Below, one piece after another: positions 25,884 through 40,309 of a stretch of DNA of 64,000 bases. Position 1 is the first letter of the stretch. Each line of letters begins with the position of its first letter. The notes under the pieces are model-generated. The model was not told where the DNA came from and ran no database searches. It saw nothing but the letters and a program-made list of their open reading frames with translations. Location: positions 28,272,001 through 28,336,000 of the forward strand of contig CM060732.1 of NCBI GenBank assembly GCA_030704615.1, in the 5' to 3' direction. A program made the position numbers and the translations under genes. Source of the DNA: Takakia lepidozioides. Taxonomy: Eukaryota > Plantae > Bryophyta.

Positions 25884-27453
25884 GACAATCCACTATAAGA
25901 TGGGGAGTTTTTTCATTTGCAATAGTGGATGTGGAACGTGCCATTATACAAGCACGTGGCAATAGGAAAACGGACATGTACAATACTCTACACCTTACAG
26001 CAATACCGCTACCAGGAATTTGAACTGCTTCTTATAATTTCAAAGTATGCATCTGCAAAGGGAAGAGAATCCAGAGATATGCACCGAGAGTTCTCGTAAG
26101 TTAGGATCTCGCAAGTTCAAAAGCAGATGACGCTTAGCCCGGCCAATGGTTTGCCAGTTCCCACCATGACAGGCATTGCATGGACATAGAATTTTCCGAA
26201 GACCCAGTCTTCTTGCTCACGCTTCCTCTAGTTTCCACAATCTGTCATCGTCATGTTCTGCTTGTGTCCACCTTTGCAATCGATGGGCAGTAGGAGGGAT
26301 CATCTTGGCGAGTGAGTGAGATTTGTCAGGAAATGGAGACCCAAATAGAGTGTCCAGAAGTTACACCAGGGCGCAAGCCTACAGCGAGGGAGGTAGAACG
26401 AGCAAAGCGTCAAGCGGAGAACAAGGCATTCTTCGCACGACTGAAGATCTACGACATTGCAAAGAGGTCCAAACTTCGGTTTTTTTCATATCCCCTACCT
26501 AGCCCTAGCCATGAAACCGCATTAAAAGCTCCAAACCTGCAGAGAGGATATGTTAGGGTTTTGCAGCTGCTGACTTTGTCTTTCTTCTTCTTTGCAGCGT
26601 CGAAGAGAGCTTGAGTCGCCCTAAACGCCTCGTTGAGGAAATCCTCAAACACACAGGTCCTCCTCGCCGAAGTCACAGAGTTCAACTCCTGCACTCTGCA
26701 ATGTCACAACGGGAGAAAGAGGTAGAGCAAGAGGAGGAAGCGCAGGTTCAAGCAGAGTCAGACACAGAGGAGGCACGAGAGCAAGAATTGCAGCGAGACC
26801 AAGATTATGCCGCACATGAAGACTTCAACGAGACCAGCACGGAGTCAGAGATGGAAACGATGAAAGAAGCCCCAACAAAGACAAAGCGCGCAAAGCACCC
26901 TGCAAACTCCCCAACCCATCAGCAGGTTTGCGATCTGCACCAAAGTTCTGTCTCCATGTGCATATGAAAAGGCAGTGAGGGTAAGAAACAATTGTAGCAA
27001 GGTTGTTGGGCATGAGTCTTGCATATGAATTTGGGTGGGAAAAGGCTCACTGGAATGTCAACTCTAGTTGCCTGCTTTCTGGCTTAGTCTGGATTGTAAT
27101 GAGGCCAACAGTTGTGGGGGTCATACTTCTTCTTCAACAAAGCCAGATAGACAATGCAGCACTAGAGGCACTTGAAGTCCTTACCCCTAAACCCTCCAAC
27201 ATCTCTTTGCCAATTCAACTTGTGGACCATGTGCCTTTGTTTTCAGCAATGTGAGTGTTGGTACTCTTATGGTATGCTTGACTCTCCTTCATGATGGTAT
27301 ATAAATGTTGCCTCTTTTTCCTTTTTCATCTTGAACCCATAAACTGAGAATAGTGGTTTTGACTTGGTGATTGTCTCTCACCAATCCATGGACCAAGAAG
27401 AAGAACAACATGAACGGTAGTGACAAGCCACTTTGTCTAACTTCATTTTCATC

Positions 27454-28600
27454 AGAGAGAGAGAGAGATTGTACTCATAAGACGTTGTTTGCCGTAGCCT
27501 TGTGGACATTGACCCCGCGCCCAGTTTGAGCGGGAACAAAAGGGACAGAACCTACCTCTGTCAGGGGCTGACGTTGGTAGTAAGACTTACCTTCATATAT
27601 AGAATTAATTCGGGTTTTCCATATATCCTCTAGAAATCCTTCTTGTATAGATTGACAATGACGCCTTGTCACCAGCGAAAGGGGATCGTTTCAGTCTTCT
27701 AGATCAGGTTAAAGAGGAGAAGTAGGGATTGAATTCTGTCTTGAAGTTGATGGATTGAACCGTCTCTGCCAACGCCTGATTTATGTTGGCAACCCGCATG
27801 GGATCGCCACCGTGCTTGATAAGCTCGTTGACAATACCATCAGGTCCACCAGCTTTATATCCATTTAAATGTTCAATTGCTTCCACAATCTCAGAAGGAC
27901 TAATGGGAGCGTTATAAGCCATTGAAATATACTCCAGTTCATCAGGGCTATTTTGCATCATAGGAACAGTTTTTCCAACTGTGTCCCTCCATTCAGTAGA
28001 AGACCCCTCACTGTTAGACCTAGAAGTTATGCCAAGGATACTGTAGTGAGTTTCAAAGGTTTTGACAATGTCAACCGATGAAGTCATCACTGCACCTTTA
28101 GTAGTCTTCAGCGCTTGTACTTGCTGACCGTTTTTCGGCTTGTACAAATGTTGAAGGGCCAACCAGAATTTCTTGTCATTACCACCATGGTGGTTTGAGT
28201 TTATTTCACTGTATAACTTGTCCCAGTATAATTTCTTCTGAGACCTAACAAGCTGTTTGATATCTTTACGGAGCTGGTAGTACCTCACCCACAATTCTCT
28301 GTTGGTTTCCAAATTGCAGCACTCTTTATAAAGGGCTGAAGATCTTCTAGACAGTTAATTAACCGTCTGCCATTAGAATTCAGTTCGTCCTCACCAAAAG
28401 GTCCAATGATATCGTCCTGATGGAGCCCTTTGCCCACCCGGGCATTGAAGTCACCCAATAGCACCACCTGACCTTTGGCAAGGAACGAAACACAGTCCAG
28501 CTTTACATCTTCGAAGGCTTTGTCTGCATCAGCACAAAGCGTCCCCTCTGTGGGCATGTAAACACAACCCACAAAGAGGTCCTTCGTCCTCGAGACTTTC
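27454..28600 (-). mobile_element. LINE family A fragments (3' end with (CT)n tail; APE endonuclease and pre-RT region)
   Basis: GCVYMP...VVLLGDFNARVG...NSNGRRLI (APE); KKFW...; KAGGPDGIVNELIKHGG; the 3' end matches 40310-40470. Confidence 0.85.
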
Positions 28601-28739
28601 AGAGAGAGAGAGAGAGAGAGAGAGAATGCACTCCTGAGAAGTTGCTTATCATAGCCTTGTGGCCACAGACCTTGCCCGTGCCCAGCAGAACATTCTGGGG
28701 TCAGGGGAAAGATATGGAGGATGGTTCACAACCTGCATG

Positions 28740-29050
28740 CGAACACCAAAGCTTGTGTTGTGGTCAATAGCGAGAAGTCTAATTTCTTTGACATTGACCA
28801 AGGTGTAGCTCAAGGTTGTACCCTCTCCCCGCTGCTCTTCAATGTTTTCGTTTATCAGCCCCTTAAAAATTAGGAAAGCAAGAGATTTGGGTTACAGGTG
28901 GGTGATGCCGCCATACCAGCACTTATGAAGAGATCAGGCCTTATCAGGCCTTGGAGTACACATCTGCCGTGTGGGTTGGCCAACTCCAATCATGCTAAAA
29001 CTTTAGAATCCATTCAGCTTTGGGTGCTCAAAGAGAGCATGTCAGCGCGT
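28740..29050 (+). mobile_element. Degenerate LINE RT fragment
   Basis: FFDIDQGVAQGCTLSPLLFNVF and LEY.SAVW remnants, homologous to 41200-41850 on the opposite strand. Confidence 0.7.
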
Positions 29051-29399
29051 GCACCATAAGATGTCAAGGAAGAAAACCTTTGTAGAAGGAAGGTGTCGTT
29101 CTAGGACAGAGGTTTCCTTAGAGGTTTCTTTGTTTTTTCCTTCCTTGAATAGGCCAGCTCAGGGACATGGTTGACACAGCCCCCAGGAAGCCTGCCTCAC
29201 CCCCCCCCCACCACCACCCGCCATGTTACCTTTGACACAGACTTCCAAACCGAGCATCTCCTCTGCAATGGCCTTCATGACACTTGCCTTCGATTCATGG
29301 CGGGTCTGCTGCTCGGGGGATCAATGCCATACATGGGATCTGTGTCACATAGGGGCTCCGCAGCGGACAGGGGATCAAGGTCCAGCAGCTTGGCCATAC

Positions 29400-30140
29400 C
29401 CCCATTGAGTGTCCCAAGTCTTGTTCCACAAGTTCGGACAATTAAACCCTCTGGTACATGTGGCCGCAACATCTTGAACACCTTCACTTGGTGCTTGCAT
29501 AGGTTCCCTTCCATGGCGTTAGTGTATACAGTGTCTGGAGAAGACATGCTTTTTACCTTCGCAGGATCCCCTGTGTGCTGGGGCAATTCCACGTTGGATT
29601 CCGGTGTCTGCCCAGCCATCCACACCGCATTTTGCACGAAATATCCCATCCTAGAGTTGCGAATGAAACCTTCAGCGTTCAAGGTCGAAATGTACCAATA
29701 ATGTGTGAGGAGGCTACCTGGTAGGATGTAGACCGACCAATCCAATCGACGCTCGTCCATTTTGTCTTGTTTTGGACAAGCGCCTCTTTAGGTTGGCATG
29801 GTACGCTTCAATTCCAACATTTGTATCTTGTCTGGCATGTGGGATATTTTGAGCTCCAACAACCCACATGTCCACTTTCGGGATCCACCATTTGTGGATA
29901 TACAAGAAGAACAATTCAGCTGCGGGATACTTTGTTTGTAAGTCATACAATTGAAACACAACCTAGGCCTGTGAAGAGTCACCAATGGGACCACCTTTAT
30001 TGTACATAATGTCCCCCATACCTATCAAGACATTGGCCCTTAATTGGGCATCCTTGATCTTCTCAATGGCATTCCTCAGCTAGGCCCTTCGAACATGCCA
30101 AAGGCACAGGAAAACCGGCACCCCTGGGAACGTATGGCTG
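29400..30140 (-). mobile_element. MULE transposase C-terminal fragment with SWIM remnant
   Basis: FLCLWHVRRA (CxxH, ~30090-30115); QDTNVGIEAYHANLK (catalytic E); RRLDW..Y.L; GNLCKHQ (SWIM). Confidence 0.75.
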
Positions 30141-33100
30141 AACCATCCACAAAATCGCATTAGCAAGGCCACTACAATACCACAACAAGACCACCACAAA
30201 TCATATACAAGTATGATTCTCTGATAAGTGCTCCCCTGCTCCTGATCCCCTGATCTCCTTTGACTGAACCGTCATACAGATCCAGTAAAGGCAATGAAAG
30301 TGCAATACATGAGCCCTGCGAAGGCCAGTCAAAGGCCGATAAACACTTCCAGACTCCAAATCAACCTCAAGATGGGTGCTTATTATCCTACAGAACAGCT
30401 TGCAAACTGTGGTAAGAAGTGTAATGCTACGGTAGTTCCTAGGCTGTCATCTGTCACCTCAGATTGACACTGACACCCTCTCTCCAGCGAAAGGGTATCA
30501 TTTCAGTCTTCCAAATAAGGTCCCAGAGGAGTGCAAGGGCATCTACCATATGATCACACCAGGCTTGACAATCGTATCAGACACACCAACTTTATAGCCC
30601 TTTAGATGTTCTATTGCTTCAGCAATCTCAGAAGAACTAATGGGCACGTTGTACCCCTTTGTGATGCACTCCAGTTTTTCAGGGTTGTCTTGGATTGTAG
30701 ACAATCATTTCCACTGTACCCTTCCATTCTTTAGAAGACTCCTCACTGTTATAGGTAGGTCTGACTGACAGGGTCTTCTTGCATAGGCCTTTGGGCTTTG
30801 CTTACCCACTAGGTTTGCCATCCCTAGTAGTATGGTGGTATTGTTTCTCATGTTTATGTTGAGCAATGTGTGCAGAGTTCAGTAAAAAAAAGGAAGGGAA
30901 TTGTAGGGAAGGATGCGAACGAGCATAAGTCTCTTACTCCAGCAAAGTGTGCACCAACTATTGCGCCAACTGCTGTGATGAGTGGCGCGGTTGTTCCAAC
31001 TTACGAAAAACCAGCCCCGCCCACTCCACAGACTGACGTTCCAGCTCCCTTGTATCCACCAGTATCGGCTCCTCCCTCGTATCCGCTTATGTACCCGCAG
31101 TATCCTGCCATGTCAGGGTATAATCTGCATGGGCACATGCCGTATCCTCACTATCAACCTCCAAACAATGATCCTCAGTGCCAGAATTACAATTCTTTTG
31201 CTCCACCTGCAGGCGCTCCAATGCATGATCCTAGTCAAGGTGGGTATTCCATTTACCACCATTATGGAATGCATCCCCATAGTATATATCCTCCTCGGCC
31301 TATGTACAACCAACCTACTTCCTCCCTCTATCCTACCAGCCCTGCAAGACCACACCAGGGGCAGGTCCAGTATGCTGGCCACCAACCTTCAGGATCCAAC
31401 TACAGTGGAGTACAACAGCCGGCACCTTCGAGCTTCACTGCACCGCGGCCACCTCTTTATCCAACATCTCCAGGTACACCTAATACCCTGAAAGGGAAAG
31501 GCATTCTGAAACAGACCGAGGATGCATTTGCTCCGCATCATCCTGTGGGGTGGGAGACAACAGTCCAGCCCCAACAGAGTGAAGGTGGTAACATGCAAGG
31601 TACTGCTGAAACCTTGCAGGATTCCAGCCTTACTCCTGGGGGGACATCAGGTGTGACTCCTATAGAACGCAAAAATGCTTTAAGGAGGGAAAGAAGGGCA
31701 CTTGCAAAAGATCTGAGAGACCAGGTTGCTCAGAATGTGGCTGTAGGGAGGAGGAAATTTTTCATTTCTTGTGATGAACTTGGAAACCCTGAAGGTCCTG
31801 CTCGGAACCAGTGGATGACAGCTCTGCGAGGGCAGTGTCAACGTTTGTTGGACTGGTCATTGTATGCTCAGGATTAACCATTACACTTAATTGAAAAGAT
31901 CATGGAGATCTTGGCTTCAGATTGGGAATACGGACCTCCTGGTCTTAACATAAAGGCTATTACAAAAACAATTTGCGGGCAGCTCAAGTACCAACGAAAT
32001 AAGCTGTTCAAAAATTACTATAGTGTGGGGCAGCCCAAACCCCATCATGTGCCAGACAAGACATGGGCACAACTAGTTGTTAGTTGGGGTTCCACTGATT
32101 TCAAGAAATTCCAGGCAAATGGTATCAAGGCGCGGGGATGTGTGAAGAATACATCTCGATCGGGTCGCAGTGGAATCAGCGGTGTTGTAGCACGACTGGT
32201 ATACTTCGCTTACAACATAGGAAGTTCCCACATTGTTTTGCATTGACAAACTTTATGTGTTGGGTTTTTTTGGATGGAGCTCAGAGTCTATTCCTATATG
32301 GATGGAATTAGTACACATTGCTACTACTTGGGGGCCTTCTCAGAGTTGGACGCCAGCAAGAAACTAAGCACTCTTATTGAGGGGGAGTCATTGACGCTTT
32401 CCTAGATAATTCTTTACTGTTGGCAGTGTGCTATGCTAGTCATTTACACTTGCAAGTTTGTTGCAATCACAGGAGAAGGAGACTGGACGTACACCAAGTT
32501 TGCAGGAGATCGCCGGTAGCGCCAGGAGTGACAAAGGCTACGGGTTGGGGTGTACAGGCAGTGCAGCCACAACGGTATATAAACTCAGTACCAATTATGG
32601 TGTGAATTACATATTCGTGATTTCCATGCCATTGCTAGTTGCCGTTTGGTTCTCTTTTCTTACTAGTTCATCAGTCAGTGTAGTGAATTGTTACTTTGGA
32701 GGTGTTCTATGTGATGGGGCAGGGAATTGGTTCACTAGCAGCTCGCCTTGATGCTATGGAAAACAAACAAGTGCAGATGGAAGCCAGCTCCAAGGCAGCT
32801 TTGGAAGCAGTCCAAGTCCAACTGGAGGCAGCAGTTGCATTCAACATTGCGCTCGCAGCTAAACTTGGCATGAATGTGCCAGATTCACAGCCTACAGGTC
32901 CACCATGCACCACCTTTGCGCCACAGACAACAAATGAGACTATTTCTCATGTTATGGGCTCACCACTCAACCTGTTCAAGGCAGTTTCTTCACCGCCACC
33001 AAAGCCAAACACAATAGGCTCATTGTTTGGGCTTTCAGAAATGGAGGGGGATGATGACATGGAGGGTTGGTCTGAAGGTGAACTCAATCCATCCCCCCAT

Positions 33101-33299
33101 ATTGTTGAGGCAACTGCAAAGTGTTCATCAGTTTTGTTGTCCCCTACACCAGTAGCACTGCCGGCATATGTACTACCCTCTCAATATGCCTGTGAGGTCT
33201 CCATGAATTTGCAGAGTGCCCCACAGAAAGGTGTGTCTTTTGTACATGATAATCATGTACAAGTTGTAGGTAATTGCACTTCGGCAACTGAGAGGCGGA

Positions 33300-33830
33300 A
33301 ACACATCCTTATACTTGACTTGAATGGATTGTTATGTGAGAGCAGACTACGAACAAGGGAATACCTAGAGCCCACTGTCACCTCCAGACCTGGGTGTCAG
33401 GAGTTTCTGGACCGATGCCTTCAGATTTTTGATGTAGGTGTATGGTCTTCCATGTCATTGAGTAATGTCCTTCCAGTTGTGAAAGCTTTGTTTCGTGGGA
33501 AGCAACCAAAGATGGTGCTTCACCAAGACTATTATGACCAGCCTGTGGGAATGGTGGACCCTTTCAATCCTTCTAAAACTGTCATGTACAAGAACTTATG
33601 TAAGTTTTGGAAGGACTACAGCCATTACAATCCAACCAATACTTTGCTGGTGGACGATTCCCCACTCACTTGCTTACCCAACCCTGCAAATAATTGCATC
33701 TTCCCGTATCCATGGAAGTTGAGGGATCAGCCAAACTGCAAGAGGCTTATGAAAGAATTATTGCCTTGGTTAGAGGGTGTATCCAAGGCTGCACACATCC
33801 CTGAGTATGTGTCAGGGCACCCATACAGAT
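33300..33830 (+). CDS. FCP1/NIF-family (HAD) phosphatase-like domain within ORF 32696-34252
   Basis: HILILDLNGLL...RPGCQEFLDRCL..FDVGVWSS...YKNL.KFW....YNPTNTLLVDDSP.....NP.NN.IFP. Confidence 0.85.
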
Positions 33831-35235
33831 ATGGGCAGCCCAACTACTTGTTCATTACTGCAGCCATGGGTAGTGGATCACAACAATCTGCAAAGGCATC
33901 CGAACCAGGGCTTCCTGCTGCCAGAGTTCCAACGACTTTGTCTCCCGATGCAACAACAAAGCATAATCAAAGAAATGTGAGAGCAAAAGTTTCAATGCTT
34001 GGGCGCGTGGGTGGATTTGTATTGTTAATGCTACTTCACAATGTGTGTCATTCGTGCTATTCTCATTTTTTGATCGTTGTGTCATTCAATATACAGATGG
34101 TGAAACCAGTGAAGCGTTCAATGGACAGGGAGAGTACAATATGTGCTATCAATCAGACTACAACCACAGTGGATCTAACTGAACCACAGGGTGACCAACA
34201 AAATCCGCACAGTGTAAGTACTTCATTTGTGCAATTTTGTTTCCTTGTCTGATGCTGGATCAATACACCTCCTATGTATCGCCACATAGCTGCAGGCCCA
34301 ACAACCTACAAAGGTAGTTTTGTGACATCGTCCTACCACATCCATGTTGACCATGCATAACCTGCTACCAACTAGGTATGGCACCGTTCCAGCTTTGATC
34401 ATGTCAGCATGTAGTATAGAGACAAGCAAATGCAATTCGGAATTGGAAGTACTGCAATAGATAGGGTTGGGGTGTTTGCTGGAAGAACTTCAATGTCATT
34501 TTGCAGGAGTGTCAAGCTGTCAGTCTCTATTCTCCAGGGTTCATTTCTGATATAGGAATCTGGTTTTTGTTGCAGTTTTAGATCGGCGACAAGGTGTTAT
34601 TGTTTGATCCTTGTGCACCAAAAAGAAGTGCAGGTGTGGGATATATTGCTGGATTTCCGAAAGCAAATGTGCCAGACAACTATTACCGTATCCATGTGAA
34701 ATCGGTCATGATTTTCAGAGGTTGTGTTGCCGTACCCGGACTACTCTGTTACCCCTAATTATACCACATTGGGTGACACACAGGGAAGTTCCACCTTATG
34801 GTCTGAAAAGTTTCTTAAACACGCGTGATATTGAAGGTGCTACAAGTTTAGTTTAGTTTTCTTTATGGATTGAGGGTTGCTGAGACAGGTGAACAAAACA
34901 GCTGTTCTCACATGAACAGTATTTTTTGAATTGATGCTCTTGCTATTCTCATGTATGATCACAAGATCCCCTTGTTCAAGGGCAACTTCATTTTCCCACA
35001 TCAAGCCAAATTTTTCTTGTGTAGACATGAATGTGGTATTTTGCTGGTTGTTTGCTATATTTAATATTAATAACATTACTATTGGTCAATGTGGTTAATA
35101 ATACAATTATTATCCATGTTTTAAACAAGCTTTTGTTTAAATGAAACAAAACAAATAAAAATTATAAAATAATAATATATTACATATTAAATCAAGCAGC
35201 CAATGGCTTTTGGGGTGCTATCCCATTTATTATAA

Positions 35236-35270
<35 letters not shown>

Positions 35271-37129
35271 TGATTATTCATTTTGGCATTTGTCAACAAA
35301 TAATAATTGTTTACTTTTCGTCCAATAGGAACAAAACAATGGATATGATAGTATTCACACTAGTGTCATTGCGATCACACCACGACTTGAACCTGGTGTT
35401 AAATCTGTGTGAGAGAATCCGTAAGAAGAGCCCTTAATATCTATTATTTATTTAATAATTCTGATGGACTCTATTACGTGGCATTCCCTTTGACATACAT
35501 GTGGCAGACATGGTGGCAATGAGGTGTAATAAGTACCGTAGAAAGACCATTAAGATTACTTAGTCAAAATAGTAGTTGAACTAACCAGTCAAAACGGCCG
35601 TCAAAATATCCGTCATAAGAGCCACCTAAACCTACTGCCACATCAGGTGCAAGTTTGGTGTGAGATGGTTTTTTTCACAGGACCAAGAAAGTTCACATGT
35701 GGTGCAAAGGACTAGGTTAACCTAACACCAAGGGGGGGGTGAACTTGGGCTCTTTTCACACCAAAATGTGTGAGAAGAGCCGTTAAAAAAACCGGTTTCT
35801 GTATTAGTGAATCGATGGTTGACGTCCCAAACAAAAAACATCTTTCCCATAAACGCTTTTGTTGAAGCCTTTTTTGACAGCTTGGCCTCGAACTCCCTGT
35901 TAACTTCCCGCCAGCATGCATCCCAGCTTTACTCAATGTCATCCTGTTACAAGGCACTCCTCTCCTTTCATGTTGGTTGTGGATATATAGAACACCGCAG
36001 ATCTCTTCACATACCCATGAACAAAATTGTTCTTCAACTTTGCACTAGAAGAAAAACGCGGAATAACCACTCATTTTGAGTGGTAAAAGACACTAAACCA
36101 CTCTGGCCCCAAAGTGATGAAGAACCAATGCATTAGGACAAGTGAGTGGTAAAAGACATTACGTGGCACCGGTGGTTAAGGACAGTGGTTCGAACCACTC
36201 ACGTCCGGGTCCACCTGTTAGCTGACGTGTCACAGTGGTAAATTAACCACTGTGACATGTCACTGAGGTAAACCAACCACTTATGACGTGCCACAGTGGT
36301 AAACTGACGTGTCATAGTGGTAAAATAACCACTTCCATTTTGTAGTGGAGACGTGTAAGCCGGTGGTCCGTGGATGATATTGGAGATTATGTCGACACGT
36401 GGCGACACTCTCAGCATGGACACGTGTTTTGTGTCAGTGCTACGAAGTGGATGGAGTGAAAAATTCAATGACTTCTGAAACCACTTGTTGAGTGATCAAA
36501 AAATGCCTCATAGAGTCATTCTATGAAAACTAAGAATATACAATATCACTCACAGAGTGGTTATTCGAGTGGATGACGTCTCTCAGCAGGTCATTGGAAT
36601 GATTACCCACAGAGTGGTGTGTAAGCTATTTGAGTCATTCATGGTATCTCTCTGAGTGGGAACTATGGATTGGAGTCATTACTAACAGAGTGGTGTGTAA
36701 GTGATTAGGAATACCACTGGAGGAATTCATACCACTAGTACAGTAATATATATGTGACTACTTATACCACTATACGTGTGCATACACACTACCACTTATA
36801 CCGCTATACCACTAATGTAGGCAATTGTGTGCATTTGGCTACTCCCACAGTTTTAAATTATACCACTATTACAGTGATGTGCAAGTGATTATGAACATAA
36901 CTAGAGCACTAGTGTAGTGTTTAAAGAAGTACCATTGGGGATTCAAACTCCACAAAATAGAATATAATCCCAGAGAGTTAAGTGTTGGAACATTGTCAAC
37001 AAAATCCAGCCATTATCAAAGTCTGAGCCTAACTTCTACACGGCGTCTCCGCATGCATGCTAGGAACACTGAACTGCTTTCATGCCTTCTTCTCACTGCC
37101 AGCAATGTCTATGCCCGGGCGAACGAAAT

Positions 37130-39580
37130 CTAAGCCCTCTTCATGTTCTTCTCTAGCCAAAGACAATTCAGACCGACGACATCCTCCAACATGTTTGCGG
37201 TGGGACCTCTTCCTCGTTAGGGTGAGGCAAGACACAATTGGCAATATAGATATCATTCACCTCAACCCGCCACAATCCCTCGGGTATAACATGACATATG
37301 TATCTTTGCCAGGCACACCAGTGACAATTCCACTGGCAGCCCTGTGTCGTGGTAAATGAGGATCATACAGGCTGATTTTGTCCTTCAACTTAAACTGCAC
37401 ACAACACCCACCATAAAACCCACATTAATCAACCCATGAAGACATACATGTACATTGAAAACTAGATAAAGAGGACCGCCCAGTATAAGCAATCACTGAA
37501 AGTGTAGAGTAATTTTGGTAGCATAAGAATATCTGCCATTGTGGCAAGGGGTTGATATTTGGGGGTTGCCTTTGAAGGCACCGCAGTTGGTGCACTATCG
37601 GTGGCAGTATCAAGAGCTGCTTTCTCAGCCTGCAAACATCACGCCCAACACCCCTTAGCAGTTACATTTAGCAATGCATCTACTAATAGTTTGAAGTACC
37701 CAACATGTAAATAGCCACATTGTACAGAACTGATAGCCAACAGGTGCATGCATGCTCACCTCTAGTACGGAAATTGCTGCATGGAGAGGTGCCTCCTAAA
37801 GGCCCACCTGACTCTTACTCCCGCTAGAACTTGGTGTTATGTCACCATTTGCATCAGTCAAGGACTTTGTGCCTTTGGCAGCAGTGGCTCTGGTTACACG
37901 CTCTCCTTTTCGCATGTACTTCTTCTCAACTCCCTTCACGATGGCTGGGGCAGGGTCCTCTGCTTTAGTCCCCTTCTACATGCCAACAAAACAACAAGGT
38001 ATAGTACATGAGTACGTCTTACCATACCTGATGCATAGAATTCATGGCACACACCAATGAATAGATCATTCATGAAATGTTTTCAGAGTAAAAAACAGAA
38101 AGCCCAAGGACAAGAACCAAGATAAAGTCTTTGAGGGTGTACCTCTTTCTGTGGGGAAGTTGGCTTCACATGCTGATCTGCCAACCCCCTAGTGTCACCC
38201 TTACCAGCACTCTCGGTGGAGCAGACGTCCTTATCAGCAGCCAATATTGCTGTCCCGCCAGCTCCACCTCCCTTCTTACGTGGCAATTTATCAGGAATTC
38301 CCTTGCGCCCCAATTTTACTTGGGTCACCACAAGATCCTCAATGGCAGACGACTTTGGCTTTTCCCCAACCTCAAGAGGTTCTCCCTGCACCCAAGCAAA
38401 ACATACCAGAGTAGTAAACTTCAAAGTCAACTAACACTGAATGGATGACAACCACAAAAATAAGTTGGGGTGAAGGTGCACAAACCACCTTCTCCGTAGC
38501 AGTCTTGCCTCCCAAGCCTGCGTCGGAATCGCAAGGTTCAATAACAGTACATATTGAGATAGTAGTTGGAGGAGGGGCGGTTGCTGACATTCCCAACATC
38601 ATTGCCATCAATGCATCCAGTTTTTTGCTATTGTCCGCAGAAGCCTTAGCAACTTCTGCTTTTATAGTGGCCAATTCGCCCTCAATCGTCGGGATCTGAA
38701 TGTCTGCCAAGGCAAGCACACTGCCCTCAAGGGACGACAGTCGAGACTGCATCGCTTTGCCCCCTCCCTATACAGCCAAAGAAAGAGACATAATCAGCCC
38801 GCATGGCCTGGCTATTGCTCCAGCAAAATGAATGCAACAAAAAAAATTACCCACACGCCATTTACCTGTGCACCTCCAATTGACTGGGAGCCAAAACCCT
38901 TGTCTGCCTTTGATGCGTGTGCCAGCTTAGTGATGCTTGGACTTCGTGCTCTCTCTTTCTTCTGCCAGGGCCACAACAAACAAAAAAATTAGCCCCTATT
39001 CATCCAAACAAGTGGGGCGTTTACAGAGGCATGACTGTAGTAACAGTTTGCAACTACCTCACAGGGTAGAGATGGTATCCTACTCCATCACATACATGTG
39101 TATATATGTACATACATATAGATGTATACATATACTAAAATGTGGTGCAGATATTCATATTACCAAGCGTCGGGCCTGTCTAGCCAACCCTGCTCTTCCA
39201 ACCCTCGATGGGTTGGTAACATTGGATCATGCTCTCTTCATGTTCTCACTCTCTTTCTTGCCCTTGAGGGAATCCTTGTACTTCACCAATGCATCCCAAT
39301 GGCAGGACTCTACACTCGGAGGGCATGGACCTCCAGCCAACCACACCAGCTTTAACTTTTGGCGATGTACTTTTATAATCCTCCCACATGCTTTCTGGAA
39401 CTTGTCAACGCTCATAAGCTTAGGATAGTACTCAAAATCCGCGTCCATGGATTCCTTAACCTTGGCCATGTCACTGGGTTCCTGCTTGTCTGCTAGCAAA
39501 ATGCTAGGATCAAGATATCTGATGCAGAGTCCCCACAAGGAGCTCTGCCAATAATCCTTCCCCTCAATTATGGAAAATAA
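37130..39580 (-). pseudogene. tnpA: TnpA-like gene (Ptta-like domain, coiled coil, Tnp1-like C-terminal domain)
   Basis: 39170-39560 aligns by eye with 31800-32200 (L.G.C.R.LD.S...FEY...CP..V...HWDALVKY...NPSRVGRAG); 37130-37390 gives AASGIV...VIPEGLWRVEV...LPHPN...LEDVVG..CLW across frameshifts. Confidence 0.65.
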
Positions 39581-40309
39581 GGTCAACCTGGCAACGAGCA
39601 AGGTCGGCAGTTCGTGAGCGCATACAAACCTTGGCCCAACGTGCCAAATTTTTTTTGGCATCCAATGGCATGAATGCATGGAATGTCATGCTCTGGCGCC
39701 CTAGCAATGTCCCACATCCATTCAGTATTAAAACCCTAACACATGTTCTAACCCTTTGAAGGTCAAGCCATACATAGTCCAACTCGTAAGCCATTCATCT
39801 TTCTAACAAAGTTTCCAGGTCATTCACATTTAGAAAAAAACCTTGGTTTGATATATAACATTTACCACCATATATGCAGATTGTAAACTCATCACAAAAG
39901 CAGATTGCAGGTCGGGAGATAAATCTCCGGAACCAGGCTCAAAGCATATCAGGTTTGAAATGAAACAATCAACCACTCATGCCTTCAGTTCACAAGCCAA
40001 TCATAGTAGTAATAGGCTTGGTTATATAAACCAATCACCATTTGAGTCACTGTAAGCATATACATTTCATGAGCCATTCTCCAGCCTCTCCCTCATTCTC
40101 AGTCCCACCCCACACACTCCCTTCTCCATCAGTTCATCACTCCAAAGATCATTCCTCCGCCATACACCCCAACCTCTTACTCACTTAGATTTACCCTAAA
40201 CCTTGCTCGGTTCTGCCTCTACCTCTGCTTTACACAAAACCCTACCCTAAACCCTACACATCATGAAAATGCTCAATTGCTTCCACAATCTGAGAGGAAC
40301 TAAGGGTGA

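Larger units (their letters stand above)
26333..34100 (+). mobile_element. tnpA: CACTA TnpA-like multi-exon gene, head-to-head with TnpD, ending in an FCP1/NIF-like HAD phosphatase domain
   Basis: Probable exons near 26333-26465, 26599-26925, 30877-32198 (Pro-rich, then Ptta-like P.HV...W..LV..W.S..FK....NG.KAR...SRSGRSG; stop at 31875), 32472-32574 and 32723-33990. Exon linkage is inferred from splice sites. Confidence 0.65.
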
